NCBI RefSeq assembly: GCF_004010195.1
Contig: NC_057717.1
Coordinates: forward strand, 41,791,874-41,825,257
Reading direction: 5' to 3'
Source: Chiloscyllium plagiosum
Taxonomy: Eukaryota
DNA: 33,384 nucleotides
The notes beneath the pieces are model-generated. The model was not told the origin of the DNA, made no database searches, and was given only the letters and a program-made list of their open reading frames with translations. The position numbers and the translations under genes are program-made. Below are positions 24,235-33,384 of this stretch, one piece after another; the first letter of the stretch is position 1, and each line of letters opens with the position of its first letter.

Positions 24235-24308
24235 TTCCCTCACCAGGCAATGAAACCAAACCACAGCGGTGATAGTGCTGAATTGTAACCACTAGCTGAC
24301 TTTTAGGA
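24235..24308 (-). pseudogene. Decayed tRNA-Glu(CTC)-derived pseudogene
   Basis: Minus strand ...CTAGTGGTTACAATTCAGCACTATCACCGCTGTGGTTTGGTTTCATTGCCTGGTGAGGGAA compares with tRNA-Glu(CTC) CTAGTGGTTAGGATTCGGCGCTCTCACCGCCGCGGCCCGGGTTCGATTCCCGGTCAGGGAA. The B box is broken. Confidence 0.75.
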
Positions 24309-25155
24309 CGGCAGGTGCAATAGCATCTTCTCTTAACAGCATAGTTTATTTTTCCCTGCGATGAGACGTTTCTTCCAAAAAACTATTCATGACACCGAGC
24401 TTTTACAGCACAGAATAATGCATTATGTCAACGCCAGTCCATCAAACATCCATCCATTCTCATTTCCAGCTTCCAGTAGCCCGCAGCCTGACTTCTGAAG
24501 TGTTCATCTCAAACAGATGTTCCCTGCAAAGGTTTAATCTCAAATGTAGAAACGAATGAGACTGAAGTCAGATACCATTAAATTTGATCATGAGCTGCGG
24601 GAGAACTGAACCGCATTTTCAAACAAAGAGGGAAATATGCAGACACATCTTGTGAGAATGACAAAGGCCTTAGGAGAGGCCAACATTCAGAAAATGAGGA
24701 ATTGAACTGTTTGCCTCTTCTTTCTTCACTTCGGGCTTTAAAACCTGAATGCTAATCGTTGAATTCTCCACCTGTTGAGGTAGCCTGGCTAGCTGTGCTC
24801 TTCCAGCCTCCTACCTGTTTCATTTGGATTCCTGCATGTTCCTGCCTCTACATAAGGAATGGAAGCATTCAGCCGCTTCGCTGTATGTTTTCCTCCCCCA
24901 CTATTTCACCGTTACCTTACAGCTTCGACTGTATCACGTTGTTCTTCCGGCTAAACTAGGGCATTCTTGGCATCAGATGCTTGTTGTCCTTATGTTCCTC
25001 GAAGTAGAAACACAGATGGGGATTTCGAAAGTCAAGCAGATGAGGCCAGGTCCGTGGGGAAAATCACTTCACGATGTTCCCTCAGAAATAATTCCAATCA
25101 ACACGGAAAATGCTTCTGTGAATGTTTGTTGCAACAGTTGTAAACGCATTCAGCA

Positions 25156-25228
25156 CGGCCCAAGTAAGATTCGAATACATGGCCAAAGGTTGATAAGACC
25201 AATGCTCTAGCCTCTGAGCTATGGAGCC
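25156..25228 (-). pseudogene. Decayed tRNA-Thr(TGT)-derived pseudogene (anticodon now TAT)
   Basis: Minus strand GGCTCCATAGCTCAGAGGCTAGAGCATTGGTCTTATCAACC...TTCGAATC...TGGGCC compares with tRNA-Thr(TGT) GGCTCCATAGCTCAGTGGTTAGAGCACTGGTCTTGTAAACC. The D arm is intact; the T stem is mismatched. Confidence 0.75.
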
Positions 25229-26114
25229 ACCAGCAAAGGAAGCGTTTTTCCTGACTAACAGAAAATGATGAACTCGATCACAGCAAATTCCGTCGTCAGA
25301 GGTTCGTGATGCAAGCTTCGTTTTCTGTTTTAAAATACGACTTGAAACCCATTTCTTTGACCACTTGTTTGACATAACACTTTGTCAGCTTCCCAATATC
25401 TCATAATGTGACTGGGATCAAAATTTGTTTAAACTCCCTCCAGAGAAACAGCTTTGAAGTTTCCATTATGTGAAAGGCACGATTAAGTATTGATGTCAAT
25501 TAATTGCCCTTCATTTCAACAAAGATTACAGCTTTTTTTCTTCCGTTGTTGACTAATTCTTTTCCTATAGCATTGTGCGATTTTAGTAGTGAAGAGATTT
25601 CACAATTTATGACCTTGGTTGATGAAGTTTAGGCACCAAACGTGGAACAGTTCAAATTGAACATACTCCGGAGATTGGAATTCCAGGCTATGCAGGTATC
25701 TGAGAGTGTGTTTTAAAACAAAATCCTGGGTGTCATGTTCACTGGCTGGATTGGCATTTATTGAACAACACTAATTGCTCATAAGTGGGCTGGAGGACAG
25801 GACAGTGATAGGCAGAGCGAAGACAGTCAAGAGATTTGCAGAAATGATAAAAACGTTGGAATTTAGCTGCCCGCTAATGGGTGAATAACCCTTGTTGTTA
25901 ATACTCCCACGTGCAGCAGAGTTGTTGAAAGATCTCAGGACTACATCTTTGGATGAATAACCCGCAATCCCTACCCTTGCAGCATGTGGCAGCCCGTGTG
26001 GAAAGATAAAGTTGCGAAGGCCACAGTGCACGTTTGGGAAAATATGCAGTGGTAAAAATATCATTCAGTTAAGAAACAATGGAACACTGAACAGAATGCA
26101 AGTACACCCTTGAA

Positions 26115-26342
26115 TAGAGGCAGAGGGAGTTAGGCCAGAGCAGAGGGGGGATTTGAGAGGACGGATGGAAGTGTGTTACCACCGTTTAATCCAAACGAAT
26201 GGATGAGAGTTTGAGCTGCAGAAGAGCGGAGACGTGGAAGAGTTAATGATGTTAATGAGGTGCAAGTAGGCTGACATGGTGAGGATGGCGATATGTGGTT
26301 GAAAGCACAAAACGCGGTGAAGGATATCACTATGGTTATGAC
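26115..26342 (-). mobile_element. L2-like LINE RT C-terminal fragment
   Basis: Minus-strand AYLHLINI.../LPRLRSSAAQTLIHSF resembles the L2 motif YFHLRNIARLRP.LS..AAETLIHAF. Confidence 0.55.
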
Positions 26343-26532
26343 NNNNNNNNNNNNNNNNNNNNNNNNNNNNNNNNNNNNNNNNNNNNNNNNNNNNNNNNNN
26401 NNNNNNNNNNNNNNNNNNNNNNNNNNNNNNNNNNNNNNNNNNNNNNNNNNNNNNNNNNNNNNNNNNNNNNNNNNNNNNNNNNNNNNNNNNNNNNNNNNNN
26501 NNNNNNNNNNNNNNNNNNNNNNNNNNNNNNNN

Positions 26533-27305
26533 AACCCATCCCTCCAACAAGGACAGAGCTCCCTTATTCATCACTTTAAAGTCCAGCAACCTCCGCAGAC
26601 ATCATATCATTCTCCGACATTTCCACCACCTGAAAATGAACCCCACCAACTAAGATGTGTTTCCCTCCCCACCCCTATCCGCTTTCTATAAAGATCTTTC
26701 CCTCTACGACTCCCTTGTCAAGTGCACACCCCTCACCAAACCACCCTCCCCTCCCGCCCCATTCTCATTCCAACATGGGATTTGCAAAACCTCCACCCAT
26801 ACCTCCAAACTGTCGCAGGCCGCAAAGGAGCCTTCCACATCCATGAGAGTTTTACCTGCAATTCCACGCATGTCATTGAATGTATCCATTGCTCCTGATG
26901 CAGTCTACCTATATTGCAGAAACAGGATACCTAATTACAGTTCGCTTCAGAAAACACCCCAGGACACCCGTAACAAACAACATCACTGACCCGTGGCCAA
27001 ACAAATCAAATGCAGTTCATGCAGGTTCTGGGCTTCCATTGCTCTCATGAACTGCCCTATGCATCAATCTTCCTTCCCACCTATCCGCTCCGCACTGCTC
27101 TGCGATCAATCACCACTCCACCCACCTCCATCCACCTATCGCACTCTCAGCTACCTTGACCCAGCCCCATCCACTCCAATTTGTCTCTCTACCCCCTCGG
27201 TTTACAAGCTTATTTCCTGATGATGGCTCTTGCCCGAAACGTCGATTCTCCAACTCCTTGAATGCTGCCTGCCCTGCTGAGCTTTTCCAGCAGCACACTT
27301 TCGAC
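26533..27305 (+). mobile_element. Penelope-like element 3' part (thumb/linker plus GIY-YIG), degenerate
   Basis: NKDRAPLFITL...IILRHFHHL and FPSPPLSAFYKDLSLYDSLV, a decayed CxxC/YIG region, and tail cctgatgatggctcttgcccgaaacgtcgattctcc. Confidence 0.75.
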
Positions 27306-27644
27306 TCAGGAGCGAGGCAGTGGATTTTGATTTCGGGACTGAAGACAGGCCTCCGCTTTGCCATGATGCAATTGTAAGAAATGTCTGCTTCAAAAGAACT
27401 GCATGTCAGACAAGGCAGGACAGCGTTTGACCTGGAAGGAACAGGGAGGTGATCGTGTTTATATCCACCTGCAGATCTATCTGTTCTCTGTGGTGGATGC
27501 TGTGTGCATGAAAGATTCTGACGAAATTCTGGTCGCATTCTAAGTGTCGAAAATTCTTCACCCTCAGACCATATCTTAGAAAGTATCCAGAGTCTTGTGA
27601 AAGTTGCTTTCCCACACTCTTTTTGGATAACATCAATTTCGCAG

Positions 27645-28838
27645 GATATTAGAAGGGGAAGATTTACAAACTAATCTCTCCGCCATGAACTGATAAAATC
27701 GCACATTTTTATCACAGGTAGAACTTGATCAGATAGAGAACATGAAAGGAAAAAACCCTCTGGTTACAGTGAGAGAAATTGTTCTCTTATTGTGTGTGTG
27801 GACAATGGTTCTACCCATCATCAGAGCTCACAAAACACAAATGCAGTCATACTAAGGAAAGTCTATGGAAATGTGCGTAATTATTTCCTTGTCTGAGCTG
27901 AATTCCCATGGAGACAAAGATTCCAGGAAAAAGCGATTCACCTGCTCAGAGTGTGGAAAGGGATTCACTCTGTCTCTGACCTGCTGCAGCACCTGTTCGT
28001 TCAAAATGAGGAGAAACCATTTCAAAGTCTGGACTGCCCAAAATGCTTTAAAACGTCCGGCACAACGCTCATACTAATTAGAAACCTTTCATCTCGCCAG
28101 ACTTTGGAAAATGTTATCAAACCTCTGTGTGCTTCATCTCTGACAAATATGCTCACATGAATGAGAGACCTTTAAGAATTCTGGAGACGTGACGTCTGAT
28201 CTACGTGCTCACCCGGGAGGAGAGACATCTTTGTGTCCAAATCGATGGGACCTGCTGCAAAAGTCCGAGTGACCGGATGGCTCATCACATTTCTCACAAT
28301 ATTAACGTGTCTTTCTCAATGCCCTGACTGCAGGAAGTGCTGCGCAAGTTCCTGGAGACGAACGTGTCATCAACGTGTTCACACTGTGGAAAGACATTAT
28401 TCACTCTAAAAGTTCCAGAGGGCAGTTTATCATTAACGTCTTCACATTGAAGATAGACATATTAGATGTATAGTCTGTGGGATGTGCTTAACAGTCTCTG
28501 TAGAACTGATGTCCCTTCGACATTTTCACAATGTGCAAGACATTTCAAGTGTAGTTATTCTAGGAATAGGTTCAAGCGTTCATCTCAACTCTCAGTACAC
28601 CAGCCAGTTTGCAGTGGGCAGAAAGCATTCACTTGCTCCATGTGAGAAACACAGTTAGCTCACTCATCGCCCGTGCTGAGACAAAAGAGGGATCCCACTC
28701 AGGGAAAGAATTCACTCACTCATCGACCCTGCTGAGACAGTGCAGAGATTACATATCTCAATTGCGATTTTATCTTGTTGTTCATCATATTCAGATCTGA
28801 AAGCAAAGTTTTGATATTCTAGATAAAAATCAAATAAA
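27645..28838 (+). pseudogene. Krueppel-type C2H2 zinc-finger gene terminal exon, pseudogenised
   Basis: Acceptor ttcgcAG|gatattagaagggg. Peptides CVCGQWFYPSSELTKHKCSHTKESLWKC, KRFTCSECGKGF, EEKPFQSLDCPKCFK and GKEFTHSSTLLRQ lie in shifting frames with stops. AATAAA is at 28833. Confidence 0.85.
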
Positions 28839-29079
28839 TCAGCTTTGTACTAAATTTATTGTCAAATGTCATTGGAAGGATGGGTTTACCGAGTACTTGA
28901 AGCATCAGCACAGGTTGTCAAGGGGAAATAATGTCTGAGAAATATATTAGACATCTGTGAGGAAGTAATGAGCAAGTAACACGAAGTCTACCCTGTAGAG
29001 GTGACCAGCTGGAATTTCCAAAAGGCTTTTGTCGAGGTGCAGTATGACAAACTGCTCAATAATGGGCAACTTCTACTTT

Positions 29080-29282
29080 AGACGACGGTGTGTTTGGAGT
29101 TTCCGCATCCTCTCCGAATCTGCCTGGATTTCCTCCCCAGACGGAAGATGTGTTGGTGACCTTCTTTGGCCATGGGGAATGCAGAGTTACAGGAATTGGG
29201 TAGAGAAGTGAGTTTGGGTGTGATGTCCGTTCAGGATTAAAGGAATCTTCCTGGGCCGAATGGCCTGTTTCCACATTGTAGG
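29080..29282 (+). mobile_element. Diverged SINE 3' portion
   Basis: gtgtgtttggagtttccgcatcctctcc...gggccgaatggcctgtttccacattgtagg. Confidence 0.65.
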
Positions 29283-29439
29283 TATTATATTAGGACAAGG
29301 TTGATCGCAGGGATTAAGGCTTTTGTCATATGAATTTCTTTTTTTAAAAAAGGTCACAATTTCCATATAAACATATGTTTTCAATTGAATCTGTTGAACG
29401 ATATAAGGAGGGGAGGGGCATTCTTAAAGAGGACATTAT

Positions 29440-30420
29440 AAAGGTCGAGCGAGAATGTCAGATCGCCTTAGCACGTAAAGTTAAGGATATAATCTAAAGC
29501 GATTCCACAAGTACATTAAGAACTAGAGACGAAATAGGACCATTTAAGATGAAAGAGCTCACTTTTGTTTTTAACCTCAGCAGATGGGGAGATATATAAT
29601 GTTCACTTCGTGGAGAACGAAATGGACCCTACAACTAAATATTGATGTTTATAAAGTCGTTTCCATTGTAAAAGGCAAGTGCTGGAGGACTTGGAAAATA
29701 TGAAGATGGATATTTCTCTGGGATTTGATCTCATGTATCTCGGAACTTTTTGGCAAGTTAGGGAATGAAACTGTTGGGCCTTTCGTAGAAATAATTGTGT
29801 AAGCTATTACTATGAGTGAGGCGCCGAAATCATGGGGAGTGGCAAACTTTGTGCTTTTGTTAAGAAAGGGTTACATGGAGAATCCTGGGAACGATAGACC
29901 TGTGTTTCTGACGGTGGTCTTAAGTAAGTTGTTGGATGCAATTATAAACGATAGGATTTAAATGCATTTGGAGATACAAGGAAGAAATAGGAATAACCAG
30001 AATGTTTTTGTGCGAGGGAAGTTGTATCTCACAAACATGACTGAGTTTTCGAGGGCATAACTAATATGATTGATCCGGACAAAGTGGTAGGTATTGTTCA
30101 CTTGAACTTTAATAAAACCTTTTTCAAGGTTCCACGTGTTTGCCTGATTCATAAAGTGAGATCACAGACAGTTTGGTGAGATTTCCAATTCGATATAAAA
30201 TTAGATTAACAGCAGGAGGCTGGGAATAGCCGTGGAAAGTAGCTTTCAGACTGGAGGACTATTACCGATGGTGTTCCACAAGGATCGATGCTGAGCCCAC
30301 ATTCATTTTTTCATTTAAATAAATAATTTAGGTGAGAAGATAAAAAGCATGGTAAGTAATTTGCAAAATTTGTCGGAAAAGGGACAATAAAAAGGTGATG
30401 GAAGATTGTGAAGAGATTTT
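29440..30420 (+). mobile_element. Old CR1-clade ORF2 (RT) fragment
   Basis: Remnants of NPGNDRPVFLT, YLTNMTEF, FNKTFFKVPR and GVPQGSMLSP. Confidence 0.75.
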
Positions 30421-31881
30421 CTCGTCAGGTCAATTCCTCTCACTGTCCTCGAGTTTTTAAAGCGTGGTGGCGTGGGGTTGGGGCAGGACAGTGAATGGCC
30501 GTCCGTCCATCGTACAGAGCAGGTTATCAGACGTCCATCTTTTCTCGTCCCAGTTTGCAGCATTTGCCCCATAACTCTGAGTGTTCTGACTTTCCAGGGA
30601 AAATGTCAATGAGATTCGCTCTATGAGCTTAAATGTCACAACAATGGGACCGACGGTTGACTGGGTTGCAACATCTTTGAGGAACGTATTCTCATGTTCA
30701 CACAGAGGCAGACACGCAGGCACATTCCCCGACAGTGACAAAGTCCTCATCATTATACGCACTCCATGTGCTTTACGTGCGCAAGTTTCTCTGGAGATAG
30801 GTGGCTTTAAGTGGAATACAAGCTACTTCTCCAGAAAATGTGAACCGTTGTTGTGAGCTGCGATATGAAGTGGATACTGAGCTGAAATAGTCCCACACGC
30901 TTCGCAAGTGTAACTTTCAGTAACACAAATCCCACCAAACCAAGGCATCTTGCTCCTGGGATCTGACAGGATAGCGCCCAGCAAACATTCCTCACTAAAA
31001 GTACTGACACACGGCAAACTCTAGACACTTTCACATCTCGTCTCATCTCGTTCGGTTTCTGTCCCTGTCACACCTCCAGATTCCTCTTCATGTCTCGTCC
31101 CGAGATCAATGAGCTGTTTGATACAAATACAGACACATTGAGAAAGTGATCTTTATTTCAAAAGCAGAATCAGGGAATGTAAGCTGCGACGGCTTGCTCA
31201 CAGCAGAGTAATAAGGCACCACGGTTTCATGCCCTGATTATCGTATAGACTGATTCCACCAATGGGCACCGTACCAGTTATTGAGGAGAAAGTGAGGCCA
31301 ATGAATACCGTGACTGACAGAAAGTANNNNNNNNNNNNNNNNNNNNNNNNNNNNNNNNNNNNNNNNNNNNNNNNNNNNNNNNNNNNNNNNNNNNNNNNNN
31401 NNNNNNNNNNNNNNNNNNNNNNNNNNNNNNNNNNNNNNNNNNNNNNNNNNNNNNNNNNNNNNNNNNNNNNNNNNNNNNNNNNNNNNNNNNNNNNNNNNNN
31501 NNNNNNNNNNNNNNNNNNNNNNNNNNNNNNNNNNNNNNNNNNNNNNNNNNNNNNNNNNNNNNNNNNNNNNNNNNNNNNNNNNNNNNNNNNNNNNNNNNNN
31601 NNNNNNNNNNNNNNNNNNNNNNNNNNNNNNNNNNNNNNNNNNNNNNNNNNNNNNNNNNNNNNNNNNNNNNNNNNNNNNNNNNNNNNNNNNNNNNNNNNNN
31701 NNNNNNNNNNNNNNNNNNNNNNNNNNNNNNNNNNNNNNNNNNNNNNNNNNNNNNNNNNNNNNNNNNNNTCATTGTTAGGTTTGTTTGAATTGAATCACCA
31801 CAGCTTCGACAGGGTAAAATGTCAGGATATGTTTGGTCTGTGTAATCAATCTCGATATTTCAAATTATCATTCATTTAGAA

Positions 31882-32045
31882 GCAAAGACAGAGATTGCAG
31901 GAGAAACTAAGCATGTCTGGCAGCATCTGGAGATAGAGAAACAGAGACAACCATTCAGAGCTTCTTCAGGAGTTTCTCAGAACTCTGTTTTTCTCACAGG
32001 GTCTTCCATTCCTGCCGAGTTCCTTGAGCAGTTTTTGTTTTTTGT
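31882..32045. repeat. Imperfect inverted-repeat (hairpin) element made of two opposed LINE-tail-like arms
   Basis: The left arm aaagacagagattgcaggagaaactaagcatgtctggcagcatctgg...gaaacagag resembles the reverse complement of the right arm ctctgtttttctcacagggtcttccattcctgccgagttccttgagcagtttttgttttt. Confidence 0.6.
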
Positions 32046-32091
32046 CAGAGATTCCCAGCATTCGCAACACTTTACTCGCCATTAAACAATA

Positions 32092-32443
32092 ACGAAACAC
32101 ATTCGTCGTTCCTCACTGGATAGGTTTTCTGATTGGGAGCATATTCCCGAACCTACTAAAAACAAGAAACTGCGCAACAAAGGATTCGGATGGATAAGAA
32201 CAGCGACCGCTCCATGCATGGGAACACCCTATCGGTTAACAGCCGAACGAGAGAATTCATTGCTCCACGAAACACATTCGTCGTTCCTCACTGGATAGGT
32301 TTTCCGATTGGGAGCATATTCCCGAACCTCCTAAAAACAAGAAACTGCACAACAAAGGATTCGGATGGATAAGAACAGCGACCGCTCCATGCGTGGGTAC
32401 ACCCTATCGGTTAACAGCCGAACGAGAGAACTAATTACTCCAC
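32092..32443 (+). repeat. Recent tandem duplication, 2 x 175 bp
   Basis: acgaaacacattcgtcgttcctcactggatagg starts at 32092 and at 32267. The copies differ at only a few positions. Confidence 0.95.
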
Positions 32444-33384
32444 AGAGACTGGGGAGTTCCTTGTAGCAAGCCCCTTGCAGGGTCTCATAAAGAAAACTGT
32501 TAGCGAATTCAAGAATTCGCCTGCCCTTCGTAGAATGACAATAACCCTCGATTGGTTTGACGTTTCCAAAATGAATCCTGGGGCATTCGTTGTGGAAAAT
32601 GGGAACAGTCTGATTCCACGCATTGCCGACACAGTCATGTCACCGGGAACCAGCTCTCCTAAAACCGGGATCTACTCCCTTCGTGCCTCATGACAAACAT
32701 ATTCCTGACCACGGTAAAACCCCGGAACTGTGCACCTGAAGAACAAAGGATGGTGTGATTGTCGCTCCCTTCCTGGGTCGTGGGAGAACAGCAGCTGTTA
32801 GTGAAGAGCCGAACACACTGACTAACATCGCCACAGAGTCTGATGAGCCAACGGCGTCAATGATCTCCGAATGCAAGCTTTAGTCTGCTCCTCCCCCATG
32901 GAAAATGCTCCTTAATTAGCTTTACCTTTCGAAAATAAATCCTTGGAAATTCATTCTGAAGACAAGGGAATAGTCTGCTCCCACCCTCTAAAAACACAAC
33001 CATGACACCAGGAACCAGTTCTCCTCCAACCGGGACCGTGTCTCTTCCAGCCTTTCAGTGCCTTGTCTGTGAGCGTTTTTTCTCATTGTCCCGGAGCTGA
33101 AATGAGATTTGACGTCCTGACGTGCAGGAACGAGAATCTTTTCAATGTTACAGATCAGTTCATGTCCGGAGAACATCAGAGTCAAAGCACTGGCCTCCGC
33201 AAGCACGGAAAGATTTCTAACCTGTCTCTGCTCAGTTGAACAGTTCATCGTTCATTCGCCTCTGGATCCGCTTCCCAAGGAATATATAAAGATTCAAAAA
33301 ACTCGAGGCGCAGATTTCTGCTTTGCTCCTTGACAGTTTCCCCACCTGCCAATTGGCAAAACTTTCCAAGAACCTCTTCACAAC

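Noticed and set aside
24890-25080. Faint resemblance to reverse-complement U1 snRNA (tcccccacta, ggggaaaatcac)
   Set aside because: The spacing of the matching blocks is inconsistent with U1, and there is no ATACTTACCTG 5' end or Sm site.
33045-33150. FQCLVCERFF as a C2H2 zinc finger
   Set aside because: No His pair follows and there are in-frame stops. A lone CxxC is insufficient.

Overview
This is eukaryotic genomic DNA from a cartilaginous fish. The Ig and SINE sequences suggest a carpet or bamboo shark (inference). The left half holds one germline, unrearranged shark IgM heavy-chain cluster on the + strand: leader exon, VH, D1, D2 and JH with 23 / 12-22 / 12-12 / 23 recombination signals, a ~10.5 kb J-C intron, and a Cmu1 exon. 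The single JH encodes RGQG instead of the invariant WGQG. The D1 5' nonamer is degenerate. No Cmu2-4, secretory or TM exons are recognisable in the 18 kb downstream, which includes a 500-N gap. The rest of the window is shark SINEs, CR1/L2/Penelope-like fragments, three decayed tRNA genes (Ile, Glu, Thr) and a C2H2 zinc-finger pseudogene. There are also several unexplained decayed coding-like segments. The most interesting is a possible MHC class I-like alpha1/alpha2/alpha3 relic on the minus strand. No new biological system can be asserted from sequence alone; the best leads are under findings.
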